A DNA stretch of 64,000 nt, taken from assembly GCA_938048735.1 (NCBI GenBank), contig CALIUM010000007.1, positions 60,786-124,785 on the forward strand, given 5' to 3'. This stretch comes from an uncultured archaeon (GTDB lineage: Archaea; Thermoproteota; Bathyarchaeia; TCS64). The translations under genes were made by a program, and so were the position numbers. The notes under the pieces are model-generated. The model made no database searches. It was not told where the DNA came from and saw only the letters and a program-made list of their open reading frames with translations. Below are positions 38,814-48,151 of this stretch, in pieces. How positions within the stretch are numbered: the stretch's first letter is position 1; every line of letters starts with the position of its first letter.

Positions 38814-39461
38814 TTATAATTGGAAGAACTCCTCTATTTCACTTCCCAAAATTAGTTTTATGCCATATTCTACAGTCATTCTTGTTAGGATTTCAGATGC
38901 TTCTGGAGTGGCTCTGGCTACAGATAGAACGATGAGAATGGGTTTTCTTCCATATTTCTTCTCAACTATCTCAGCACGTTTGATAAGTTTTTCAACATCT
39001 TTTTTAGCCTCTTCTGCTGTTCTAATACTTACTGTGGCTTCACCAACTACAAGAGGGTCCTCACAGAACATATTTATCTCAACAACCTCCCCATCATGAA
39101 CCAGATATTTCTTCTCAACAACAGCTCCTGAGTAACCTGTCTCCTCAAGCATTAACTCCAAGAAGGATGCAGAGTGTTCCTCAAATGTAACTCCAAGTGC
39201 CAATCTTAGATCCCTAAATCCAGAAACCATATATTTCTTCATCTTCTCTTGTTCAATCCTGAGAGATTTGACTTCTTCCCAGAGTTTTTCCTGTCCCTCT
39301 CTTAGGCTTTTGACTTCTTCCCAGAGTTTTTCCTGTCTCTTCTCATGCCCATCCATCCTTTGAAGGATCTCTGAAAGTCCTAGGTAACCTGCCACGGTAT
39401 ATCGAAACTCTGGGTCCTTCTCTAGGAGCTCTATAAAATCGCGTTTGAGCTTTTCAGTCAT
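38814..39461 (-). CDS. Coiled-coil plus PD-(D/E)xK-like nuclease-domain protein (PaREP/COG5493-like)
   Basis: DPEFRYTVAGYLGLSEIL leader, QEKLWEEVKSLR repeats, VEINMF...VVGEAT domain; AT-rich relative to host genes. Confidence 0.75.
   Translation of the reverse strand: MTEKLKRDFIELLEKDPEFRYTVAGYLGLSEILQRMDGHEKRQEKLWEEVKSLREGQEKLWEEVKSLRIEQEKMKKYMVSGFRDLRLALGVTFEEHSASFLELMLEETGYSGAVVEKKYLVHDGEVVEINMFCEDPLVVGEATVSIRTAEEAKKDVEKLIKRAEIVEKKYGRKPILIVLSVARATPEASEILTRMTVEYGIKLILGSEIEEFFQL
39267..39337. repeat. 42-nt period coding direct repeat (two identical 29-nt cores)
   Basis: TTTGACTTCTTCCCAGAGTTTTTCCTGTC at 39267 and 39309; encodes QEKLWEEVK twice. Confidence 0.9.
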
Positions 39462-39614
39462 ATTTCCGTCCTTAAATCGAATCACTAATATTTAAAGATT
39501 TAGAATAATTTTTATTAGAATCCTTTATTCTTTATATTAAGAACATGATAGAGAATAATCATTAATTAAATATTTTCATTCAGCTAACATAAAAAGAGAC
39601 TTTTCCTTTCTTCT

Positions 39615-40187
39615 TTATTTATTATCTGGGTCAGATTTGTTATTATTTCTATCCTTATTCCTCTCAATAACTTCTTTTAAGAGTTCCTTGGGGAGGCCTC
39701 TCACCTCTATTCTGAGGAACCTATTCAGCCTCGAGGGGTCGAAGCCTTCTCTCTGGTACTCTAAAGCCTGCATGAACATCTCAAGCTTATCCGCCTGTGC
39801 CACCATCTCGGCCTCAGGTGAGACTACGCATCGGAACTCCCTCCATAATGAGCTGTACCTCACTGAGAGGGGCTCAGGAAGGGGGGATAGGAGCCTATTC
39901 ATAGCTTCATCCTCTTCTAGGATATGGGTTTGGCCCTTCCCCCCTTTCTCCTCTGGGGTGAGGTCTCCCACCTCTGCTTCTGCCAGATCGTGGAGGAGGG
40001 CCATCCTGACGGCCTTCTCGGCGTCGAGGCCTTGGAGGTCGGCGAGTATCATCGCTAAAAGGGCTGTTCTGTAGCTGTGTTCCGCCACAGACTCGGGCTC
40101 TTGGATCCCCGCCTCAACCCATCCTGCTCTCCTGATCCTCTTCAGTTTTCCCGCGGCTTTGAGGAGATCCAGAACACCTTTCCACAT
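39615..40187 (-). CDS. HD-domain phosphohydrolase (YfbR/HDDC2-like 5'-deoxynucleotidase)
   Basis: LKRIRRAGW, ESVAEHS, LLHDLAE...GD, ADKLE. Confidence 0.92.
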   Translation of the reverse strand: MWKGVLDLLKAAGKLKRIRRAGWVEAGIQEPESVAEHSYRTALLAMILADLQGLDAEKAVRMALLHDLAEAEVGDLTPEEKGGKGQTHILEEDEAMNRLLSPLPEPLSVRYSSLWREFRCVVSPEAEMVAQADKLEMFMQALEYQREGFDPSRLNRFLRIEVRGLPKELLKEVIERNKDRNNNKSDPDNK

Positions 40188-40203
40188 GGGTCTATTCCCA
40201 GTT

Positions 40204-41355
40204 TTAGATGTTGCATAGCTCCCTTATGGCCTCTATCATCTTGTCATTGTTCGGCGGGCATCCCACCACATAACGCCCCTTTTCCTTAAGCCCCTTGAGG
40301 CATGTGCCCATTATCAGAGGGGTCTGCCTCAGCCCTTCAGGGAGTTCGGCCTTTGGCCCCACAACTATCAACAGGTCTTGAACCTTGTTCAGGAGGCCCA
40401 TCCTCCCTAGGTCGTGGAAGACGCTTCTTATCGACCCCCTGCAGGCGCTGCATGCCCCTCCCTCGATGACCGTGACCCCCTCCTGGGGCGCGAGGTCCAT
40501 CGGTGGCCTCTTGAAGCTCCTTGCAACGGAGTTGATGCTCTCACCTAGAGTCGTGATCCCCTCTCCTTTGAGGTCTAGGAGCCCCTGCCCCGAGGCCAGC
40601 TTGAGATACTCAACCTCCTCTGGGGAGAATCCCATGATCCTCGCCCCTACCCAGTCTAGGGCGTAGACGTCGTCTCCGGCCATTATCAGGTCCATCTCGA
40701 AGATGTCGCCCAGGGATGGGCCTAACCCCTCCATGGCGTGGATGGCGTCGACGACCGTCAAGTCCACTGGGACCGCCTTATTGAGGTCCACGATGGCTCT
40801 GGCCAGCCCAACCCTGTGGAATAGGCGTTTCCAGGGTTTTGGGATCACCCCCTTCATGTTCTTCATCCCCAGGGTCATGAGCATCTGATCATGGGTCTTC
40901 ATAACTGGGACATTCACCTTAACATCGGCGTTGTAGAAACTCTTAGAGACCTTTATTCTATCAAGCACGAGGGGGTTTGGAACCTCCACCTCGACCAGCT
41001 GGTCCTCATCCACATCCACTATTCCAGCTCCGACCCTCTCGGCCATCTCTTCAACTCCGCTCAGCTTGAATGCCTCTGGCGTGGGCGAGCCGTACCCGGC
41101 CCCCTCGACTATGAGGACCTCCCCGGCGCCGGCCTCATATGCCATCTTGACCAAGGCCTCAAGGACCCTTGGATCTGTGGTCACACCCATGCCCGAATGC
41201 CTCCCCGTGACTATATTGGGCTTAAGAGCGACCCTCTCCCCAGAGCCCACGAAGCGGCTCATCCCACCCAATAACCCTACGGCCTTCTTAACCATCCCTT
41301 GGATCTCTTCAAAACTCGGCCCCTTCGGCCCCTTGACTATCGACACCTTCGCCAT
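40204..41355 (-). CDS. DUF362 iron-sulfur protein
   Basis: KPN, TDP, PVMKTH....TLGMKN.KG, MEG.GP; C-terminal CSAC..GTC..GCPP. Confidence 0.85.
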   Translation of the reverse strand: MAKVSIVKGPKGPSFEEIQGMVKKAVGLLGGMSRFVGSGERVALKPNIVTGRHSGMGVTTDPRVLEALVKMAYEAGAGEVLIVEGAGYGSPTPEAFKLSGVEEMAERVGAGIVDVDEDQLVEVEVPNPLVLDRIKVSKSFYNADVKVNVPVMKTHDQMLMTLGMKNMKGVIPKPWKRLFHRVGLARAIVDLNKAVPVDLTVVDAIHAMEGLGPSLGDIFEMDLIMAGDDVYALDWVGARIMGFSPEEVEYLKLASGQGLLDLKGEGITTLGESINSVARSFKRPPMDLAPQEGVTVIEGGACSACRGSIRSVFHDLGRMGLLNKVQDLLIVVGPKAELPEGLRQTPLIMGTCLKGLKEKGRYVVGCPPNNDKMIEAIRELCNI

Positions 41356-41439
41356 CGCATCTCCGTATTCACCATGGGAATCTAAGGTTTTCTCACGGGG
41401 AAGGGTTAAATTCAGAGGTTTACTAGGACTCAGGGGATT

Positions 41440-41868
41440 ATGGGGGGCAAGGGAGAGGTCATCTTCATCGGAACAGTTAAGTCGGCCGGGGAGGTCTCAA
41501 CAATCCAGATATTCGAGGAGTTCTGTAAGGGCCTCCTCGGCATAGAGGAGTACTCGCACCTGATCGTGCTCTACTGGCTCCATCTGAGGGACGACGAGCT
41601 GAACAGGAGAACCCTGAGGGTGGTGCCCCGGAGGCATAAGGGGGCCCCCCTGACCGGCGTATTCGCCTGCCGCAGCCCCTCGAGGCCCAACCCAATAGGT
41701 TTGACGGTTGTTAGGTTAGAATCGGTGGAGGGATGCCTTTTGAGGGTCGTAGGCCTAGACGCAGTGGAGGGAACCCCCATCATAGATATCAAGCCATACT
41801 CCCCGAGGGCCGACTCCGTGCCGGATGCGAAGACCCCTGAGTGGACCTTGAGGGGCCCTCCAACCTAG
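41440..41868 (+). CDS. tsaA: tRNA (m6t6A37) methyltransferase TrmO/TsaA
   Basis: GVFACRSPSRPNPIG, GLDAVEGTPIIDIKPY. Confidence 0.93.
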   Translation: MGGKGEVIFIGTVKSAGEVSTIQIFEEFCKGLLGIEEYSHLIVLYWLHLRDDELNRRTLRVVPRRHKGAPLTGVFACRSPSRPNPIGLTVVRLESVEGCLLRVVGLDAVEGTPIIDIKPYSPRADSVPDAKTPEWTLRGPPT

Positions 41869-41987
41869 AGGTTAAACTGGCGGTAATGTGTATTGGAAAC
41901 TGGAATCTGTCATGGATCCCTTGGGATATCCCGATAAGTTTAAAATTCTACATAGGATATCATAATTTTAAATGGCGGTGTTGAGAA

Positions 41988-42770
41988 GTGAAATTGGATG
42001 CTAGGAAGGTTGCCCTGATAAGCATCTTCGCGGCCCTCCAGGTTATTCTCTCCCGGCTGCCTGGGATACCCGTCATAGGATTATCATCGGGTAGGATTGA
42101 GCCTACGATTCTCCTTATGCCTGTTATTGGGATGCTCCTAGGTCCCTGGATCGGGGGCCTAGCCGTCTTTTTAGGGAACTTTATAGCCTGGCTCATTCCA
42201 AGCACAACCTTCTTCGGATTGCTCATGCTCCCCACCGGTCCGATAGGGGCAGTGGCCTCAGGGGCCCTTGTGAGCAGGGGTAGAAGATCGGGCTGGAAGA
42301 TAACCGCCTCCATCCTCCTACTGCTTACCCTCCTCTGGTACATCTCCATACCAGGTTTCATAGTCCCATATTACCCAGCCCTACACCTTACTGCATTGAT
42401 CCTGGTCTTGGTCCTTAGGGGAAGAGTGGCTGAGCTGGTGGAGAGTGATGATAAGAGGAAGATGGCTTCGGGAGCCTTCGTGACAAGCCTCTGCGGGATT
42501 ATGGCGAACCACATGGTCGGAAACTTGATATTCATATCCTCAGTCGGCTGGTTCGTCCAGCTGAAGGGTATAAGGGATGCGATCGTGGCCATGGGCTTCT
42601 CCTGGCTGAAGTCGGGTCTACCGAAAGAGGATCCAACAGGTCTTGGAGCCCTATTCGCCCTGACCTTCCCCATCTACATAGTTGAGAGAATCCTGATGAC
42701 CCTCATAGCCGTCCCCATCACCGTCGGAATAATCTACACACTTAGGCGAGGGGGCCTCACTAAGATCTAA
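41988..42770 (+). CDS. ECF transporter S-component-like membrane protein
   Basis: ALISIFAAL, G.LLGPWIGG, about 7 TM helices, ER motif near the C-terminus. Confidence 0.75.
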   Translation: MKLDARKVALISIFAALQVILSRLPGIPVIGLSSGRIEPTILLMPVIGMLLGPWIGGLAVFLGNFIAWLIPSTTFFGLLMLPTGPIGAVASGALVSRGRRSGWKITASILLLLTLLWYISIPGFIVPYYPALHLTALILVLVLRGRVAELVESDDKRKMASGAFVTSLCGIMANHMVGNLIFISSVGWFVQLKGIRDAIVAMGFSWLKSGLPKEDPTGLGALFALTFPIYIVERILMTLIAVPITVGIIYTLRRGGLTKI

Positions 42771-42856
42771 CTCTAACAATATACCTGAACTCCAGCAAGG
42801 CAAACATAGATGAATTTCAAAACCCTTTTAAAGGTAAAGATACTCAATATAACTTA

Positions 42857-42930
42857 AGCTTTACTGGCGTTGTGAAGCGAGCATATAGATCCATGCTTGA
42901 AATCAGCTCACTTTGCAACTTGGTAGAGTT
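42857..42930 (+). ncRNA. Candidate structured RNA (long G-U-rich hairpin), sRNA or 5' leader of the DUF3303-like gene
   Basis: Arms CTTTACTGGCGTTGTGAAGCGAGC / GCTCACTTTGCAACTTGGTAGAG; begins about 25 nt after TTTTAAAG (42826). Confidence 0.45.
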
Positions 42931-42976
42931 CTGCTCCTAAGCCGGAGCTCGAAAAAAGAATAGGTGGTGAAAGGGA

Positions 42977-43267
42977 GTGAAATTCATAGGGTTTTGGGAG
43001 TACGACGCCGAAGACGTTATGAAGGTTATCGAGAAGTTCAGACAGATGAACGCCGAGAGGGATGAGGGGGCTGAGAGGTTTGCTAAGACGATCTTCGGGC
43101 CATTCCACATCTCAGGAGAGCATAGGGGCTTCACAGTTTTTGAGACCGATGATCCAGACAAACTTGCAAGCATTTCAATATTCTATACGCCTGAAATGAG
43201 GTGGAACTTCCTTCTAATAAATGACTCTTCCAAACTCACAGAGCTCTACTTAAAGATGAAGAAATAG
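42977..43267 (+). CDS. DUF3303/GYD-like small ferredoxin-fold protein
   Basis: MKFIGFWE...GP....GE.RGFTVFETDD pattern; SD GGTGGTGA upstream. Confidence 0.7.
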   Translation: MKFIGFWEYDAEDVMKVIEKFRQMNAERDEGAERFAKTIFGPFHISGEHRGFTVFETDDPDKLASISIFYTPEMRWNFLLINDSSKLTELYLKMKK

Positions 43268-43336
43268 CTTAAAACTCTCTCTCAAACAATACTTCCCTTT
43301 ATTTTTTAAAAATAATATTTGATAACTTATTTTATT

Positions 43337-44011
43337 TTAGAGATATTTGCTGAAGATTTTTTCAACCGTCTCAATTAAATTACTTACTATAAAATCAGGC
43401 TTAGAAATTCCTTCTAGGGAACATAATCCTTTTCTATCTAGGAGTATCGCTTTCATTCCGAGTTTTTTAGGCAACTCTATATCCATTTAATTTCATCTCC
43501 AACTATTACGGCTTGTTGAGGCATAATATTTGTGTCTCAAGGGTTTTCAAGTAGATTTTTTGATTTGATTTTTCACAATGAAATGTATATGAATCAACTA
43601 TAAGATCTATTTTTCTTCTAACTGGCTTTAGGGCATATATATATTTAAATTTGGCTATGCTTGTTACCACAGCCGTTTTGAGATTTCTCTTTTTGACTCT
43701 TGATAATGCTTCTTTCACATCTGTATAAATTTTCCAACGGGCCTTTTTATAAAGATCCGCGAGCTCCAATAATGTTTTGGTATCTACCTTAACCTCCAAT
43801 CTTTCTAAAACCCTCCTCAGGAAGGTTTCCATACTCTATACCCATACCTAGGGTAATCTATGAGGCTAACAAACCTCAATGAGGCCTCTAATGGCTGGAT
43901 ATAAACCTCATAGCCACGCCTCAACAAGAACTCGGAGGCCACCCCATGGGGAGTCTCCTCCATGTAAGCTAGGGTCCCATTAAGGTCGAATAGGATGGCC
44001 TTAACAGTCAA
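43337..44011 (-). pseudogene. Frameshifted HAD-family hydrolase
   Basis: Motif I KAILFDLNGT, motif II VVTS, motif III CEK, motif IV VGDE..DI..P...GMKAILLDR spread across fragments with about three frameshifts. Confidence 0.85.
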
Positions 44012-44185
44012 TTAACCCCCACCTGGGGCGATCACCTATACTCTGAAGAGCTTAACGCTTATAGAAAAAAAATGGTTCGATGTCTAAGTTTAATGGAATG
44101 GTGGGTTTATGAGTTGGGGATCAAAATTTAACTTTCATGTTGATATAATAGGTATGAATTAGAGCTTAATGGCGGGGCAGGCTCT

Positions 44186-44662
44186 ATGGTTGAACGTCTC
44201 TATCCATATGTGATCTTTCTTCCCAGGGAGAGAAAGAGGAGGGTTCTTAAGGCTGTTTTCGGCTCAGAGGTCCCGGTGGAGATCCTCAGATTCGCGATGA
44301 GAAAGGGGATCTTCGAGAAGATATACCAGAAAGATTTGATATCTACCCTCAACTACTCGAATAAGACGATCATCGATCATCTAAAGGCATTAACTGAACT
44401 CACCATCTTGGATGAGCATATCGAGAAGTCCGAGAGCTCAGGTAGGATCGTCTGGGTCAAGTATTATACCTTAACGGATCTCGGCAGATGGTTCGCCCTC
44501 CTCCTCGTCGAGGAGGAGTCCCTCTCGGATATGGAGAAGAGGGAGATAATCATGAACGCTTTTCGATCCTACACTAGGTGGGTTCTGGAGCTCTCCAAAA
44601 GGCTGGGTGTGGGGAGAGAGGAGCTCTTCAGAATCCTCGACGAGGAGGTTGGAATGGTTTAG
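44186..44662 (+). CDS. Winged-helix DNA-binding protein
   Basis: IYQKDLI..L.YSNKTII.HLK.L....IL; Y.LT..GRW wing. Confidence 0.75.
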   Translation: MVERLYPYVIFLPRERKRRVLKAVFGSEVPVEILRFAMRKGIFEKIYQKDLISTLNYSNKTIIDHLKALTELTILDEHIEKSESSGRIVWVKYYTLTDLGRWFALLLVEEESLSDMEKREIIMNAFRSYTRWVLELSKRLGVGREELFRILDEEVGMV

Positions 44663-44795
44663 GGGCCTTTCTGAAGGTTCAATCTCTGCACTATTTCGTC
44701 GATTAAGCCTTATGGAAAGTAGGCTGGAGGCTGCAGCTTTATAGAGATTTTAAAAATGCTTTTATTTTCGGTTCTAGCTAAGTTCTAGGTCTAAT

Positions 44796-45815
44796 GTGTC
44801 CTCCCTATCCCTATCCGAGAGTCTGGTGGAGCCTAGGCGTGTGAGGATCTTGGCCCTCTTCTCAGGGGGGCTTGACAGCACCCTAGCGGTTATGATAGCC
44901 CAGAGGCTTGGGTTTGACGTGGAGGCTGTCCATTTCACGACGCCATTCTGTGTCTGCGACAAGTGCAGGGTGGAGGAGATGGGGAGGAGGCTTGGGTTGA
45001 GGATTCACCATGTATTCCTGGGGGAGGAGTTCCTGGATCTCCTGATGGATCCCCCTCACGGATATGGGAGCCAGATGAACATCTGCATAGACTGCAGGAT
45101 CCTCATGTTCAAGAAGGCTAAGGAGCTCGCGGAGAGGATCGGTGCAGAGTACCTCGTGACCGGCGAGGTTCTCGATGAGCGTCCATTCTCCCAGCGATCC
45201 TCAGTGATGGGCCTCATAGAGAGGGAGGCCGGCCTAGAGGGGAAGGTGCTTAGGCCCCTCTCAGGCAGGCTTCTATGGGAGACAGAGCTTGAGAGGAGAG
45301 GCTTGGTGAGGAGGGAGGATCTATACGCGATCCGGGGGAGGAGTAGAGCCCTCCAGATCAAGCTCGCGGAGGAGTTCGGCCTTGAGGATTATCCCTCCCC
45401 CTCGGGGGGATGCCTCCTCACCGATCCCCAGTTCTCAAAGAGGCTGAGGGACTATTTATCTCATGAGGGGAGGCTGAAGTTGGAGGACGCTGTGCTTCTT
45501 AGGTTTGGTAGGCACTTCAGGGTTGGGTCGGCGAGGGTCATAGTGGGGAGGAATGAGGAGGAGAATAGGGTTCTTGAGGCTATCGCTGAGGGGAGGGGTA
45601 TAACTAGGATGAGGGCCTTGGGTTATATGGGGCCCATAACCCTGGTCATCGGAGAGGCCGGGGAGGATACATTATCTATGGCTGCGGGCATAACCGCGAG
45701 GTACTCTGATGCTCCCAAGGATGTTCAGGTTGAGGTCCTGATCCTAGAGGGCGTTGAGAGGAGGATGACCGTAAAGGCGGTTGGGGATGAGGAGCTGTCC
45801 TCGTTCAGAATTTAG
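44796..45815 (+). CDS. PP-loop tRNA sulfurtransferase (ThiI/MnmA-like, Fe-S type, DUF814-like C-terminus)
   Basis: SGGLDS, N.CIDCR, TGEVL..RP.SQ, GGCLLTD, GRHFR; start uncertain. Confidence 0.8.
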   Translation: MSSLSLSESLVEPRRVRILALFSGGLDSTLAVMIAQRLGFDVEAVHFTTPFCVCDKCRVEEMGRRLGLRIHHVFLGEEFLDLLMDPPHGYGSQMNICIDCRILMFKKAKELAERIGAEYLVTGEVLDERPFSQRSSVMGLIEREAGLEGKVLRPLSGRLLWETELERRGLVRREDLYAIRGRSRALQIKLAEEFGLEDYPSPSGGCLLTDPQFSKRLRDYLSHEGRLKLEDAVLLRFGRHFRVGSARVIVGRNEEENRVLEAIAEGRGITRMRALGYMGPITLVIGEAGEDTLSMAAGITARYSDAPKDVQVEVLILEGVERRMTVKAVGDEELSSFRI

Positions 45816-46636
45816 GAAGCCACCCTTAGGATCCTTCCCCCCAAGCCCCTTAGCCTTTCGTCAAGCTCTCTTAGGAGCTCTTCCATCAAGGCCTCTCCAG
45901 CCTCCTTGGAGGCCGCCTCGACCGCTATGTCCATCTTTATCTCCCTTTCCTTCCCCCTCTCATCCATTCCCAGAGGTGGTGTCGCCGCGGGCTTGAAGTA
46001 GGCCTCAGGGTGATGCTCTCTTAGGAGTTCTAGTAGGGGGAAGAAATCCTTCCAGACCATTCTTAGATGGATGCTCCTCGCCACCAGGCTCTTATGGGTT
46101 CTGGCACTTATGATTGGGGCTACGTGGTCCTCGAAGGAGGTCTTCATCTCCTCAGGGACCCCTGGGAGGGCTATTATGGTCGTCTCCCTCTCCTCGACCT
46201 TGATGATGGGGGCCATTCCAATCCTGTTGGGTAGGGGTATACCGCCCTCCACAATGCGGGCCATCCTCTCCCTCCTGGGGGTGAGTTCCAACCCAAGCTC
46301 CTCACACTTCCTTAGGAGCATCGCCCTGGCCTCCTCGCTTGTCTCTACGCTTCTCCCTAAGGCTCTGGCTAGCCCCTCAACGGTGAGGTCGTCCTCCGAG
46401 GGGCCTAGCCCCCCTGTCAGGAGAAGGAGGTTGTTCCCCCTAGCTAGGGATTCCCTCACAGCCCTAGAGATCTCCTCAACGTCGTCTCCGATGCATGTTA
46501 TCCTCCTGAGCTGGGCTCCAAGCTCTGCTATCCTCCTAGCCATCCAGGAGGAGTTGGTGTCCACTATCCTTCCCAGCATGATCTCGTCTCCTGTCGCTAT
46601 TATCTCCACCCAGTAACGGCCTCCTCCTCCCTCCAT
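45812..46636 (-). CDS. CinA-like molybdopterin-binding-domain protein (COG1058 pyrophosphatase)
   Basis: ATGDEI..G...DTN, GDD, TGGLGP..DD.T, N..G.AP, LPGVP.EM; no PncC domain. Confidence 0.9.
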   Translation of the reverse strand: MEGGGGRYWVEIIATGDEIMLGRIVDTNSSWMARRIAELGAQLRRITCIGDDVEEISRAVRESLARGNNLLLLTGGLGPSEDDLTVEGLARALGRSVETSEEARAMLLRKCEELGLELTPRRERMARIVEGGIPLPNRIGMAPIIKVEERETTIIALPGVPEEMKTSFEDHVAPIISARTHKSLVARSIHLRMVWKDFFPLLELLREHHPEAYFKPAATPPLGMDERGKEREIKMDIAVEAASKEAGEALMEELLRELDERLRGLGGRILRVAS

Positions 46637-46670
46637 CCCCACCGGGCTTTCCCCCCTACGGTTTGGTAGC

Positions 46671-47846
46671 TCAGCAGTATCCCAGGAGCCTCTCCGCAAG
46701 CCTATCCCTGGAGAAGACTGCGAAGTCCCTGTATCCTAGGGCCTCGGCCTTGGTCTTTCTCCCCGAGGCCACCTCGACGATGAACTTGAAGATCCTCTCC
46801 CCCATGGAGTTTATCGACTCCCTGCCTTCCAGGATGGGGCTCGCATCTATGTCTATGTTATCCTTCATCTTGGCGTAGGTCTCAGGGTTTCCGGTTATCT
46901 TTATAACCGGGGCTATGGCGTGGCCGACTGTGGAGCCCCTCCCGGTTGTGAATGCGACGACTTGGGCTCCAGCTGCAACCATATGGGTGACCGAGGCGAC
47001 ATCCCACCCGGTTCCATCCTGGAGCCAGAGGCCTCCCCTGGTGGGCCTCTCAAGCCTCTCCTCGCTGTTCTCCAGGACCCCCTGGATGGGCCGGGTTCCC
47101 CCCTTCCTCACGGCCCCGAGGCTCTTCTCCTCTATGGTTGTGAGGCCCCCCTCTATGTTCCCCCTAGACATGAAGCGGCTCTCTATCCCCATCATCCTCA
47201 TCCTCCTCTCCTGACGGTCGATCATCACCCTGATCCTCTCGGCCGTTCCCTCGTCGACAGCCCTCCTGGCTAGGAGGTCCTGGGTTCCCGTCATCTCCTG
47301 GGTCTCGCTGATTATAACGGTTCCCCCCTCGTCTATCAGCATGTCAGCGGCGGATCCTAGGGCTGGGTTTGCAGCGATCCCGGAGGTGGCATCAGAGCCC
47401 CCGCACTCTGCGGCTAGGATGAGCTGGGAGAGTGGAAAGGCCTCCCTTTCCAGCTCGGAGGCTTCCTGGGCCATCCTTTGAAGGATACGGACCCCCTTCT
47501 CAATAGTCCTTATCGTTCCCCCCTCCCCTTGGATGGATAGGGTCTCGATGGGTTTTCCGGAGGGCTCTATCTTCTCAGCCAGGGCCTCTGGGGTTAGAGA
47601 CTCGCATCCTAGGCCTACTATGAGGACGCCGGCGACATTCGGGTTAAGGGCTGTGCCCAGGAGGTTGTTGAAGACCATCCCGTTGAATCCGCATCCATGG
47701 TACTGGGTGACGGCTACGGCCCCATCAACTTGGGATGCAATCCTCTTGGCCGGCTCGAAGCTGCAGTCTATGGGGGCCAGGACTAGGAGGTGGTTGCGAA
47801 CCCCGACGGAGCCGTCTGGCCTCTCGAACCCATAGAACTCTGTCAT
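46671..47846 (-). CDS. UxaA/GarD/SuyB family dehydratase or sulfo-lyase, large subunit
   Basis: R.DG.VGVRN, GLGCE, ECGGSD..SG..ANPALG, GN..GGLTTIEEKSLG, FTTGRG. Confidence 0.92.
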   Translation of the reverse strand: MTEFYGFERPDGSVGVRNHLLVLAPIDCSFEPAKRIASQVDGAVAVTQYHGCGFNGMVFNNLLGTALNPNVAGVLIVGLGCESLTPEALAEKIEPSGKPIETLSIQGEGGTIRTIEKGVRILQRMAQEASELEREAFPLSQLILAAECGGSDATSGIAANPALGSAADMLIDEGGTVIISETQEMTGTQDLLARRAVDEGTAERIRVMIDRQERRMRMMGIESRFMSRGNIEGGLTTIEEKSLGAVRKGGTRPIQGVLENSEERLERPTRGGLWLQDGTGWDVASVTHMVAAGAQVVAFTTGRGSTVGHAIAPVIKITGNPETYAKMKDNIDIDASPILEGRESINSMGERIFKFIVEVASGRKTKAEALGYRDFAVFSRDRLAERLLGYC

Positions 47847-48148
47847 GGGGCTCTCCCCTCGATGGGGGCTGGTTGGATCAGGCTCTCTAGGTTGTGGGTG
47901 TGGACCCAGGCTCCAGCTGTGATGGGCCTTGAGGCTACCCCTATCCTCTCCCCATACTTCATAACCTCCTCCCCGGAGCCTATGTCCTTTAGGGCAACCT
48001 TATGCCCGAAGGGTATGGGCTCCAAAGCCCTTAGCCTCATGGCTATGGCTCCGGATGGGGAGATGATCTCCACCTCATCCCCGGCCTCGATCTCTGAGGT
48101 CGCCGTGGCCACGTTATCCCCCTCATCAATCATTATCGCCCTCTTCAA
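47843..48148 (-). CDS. UxaA/SuyA family small subunit (SAF domain)
   Basis: DNVATA, IPFGHKVAL.DI..G..V.KYGE.IG.A...I..G.WVH.HN. Confidence 0.92.
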   Translation of the reverse strand: MKRAIMIDEGDNVATATSEIEAGDEVEIISPSGAIAMRLRALEPIPFGHKVALKDIGSGEEVMKYGERIGVASRPITAGAWVHTHNLESLIQPAPIEGRAP

Positions 48149-48151
48149 CCT

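Noticed and set aside
44796-45815. PP-loop CxxC protein as LarE for the neighbouring LarA
   Set aside because: GGCLLTD, GRHFR and TGEV..RP.SQ fit the ThiI/MnmA-like tRNA thiolase family better, and it is convergent rather than in the operon
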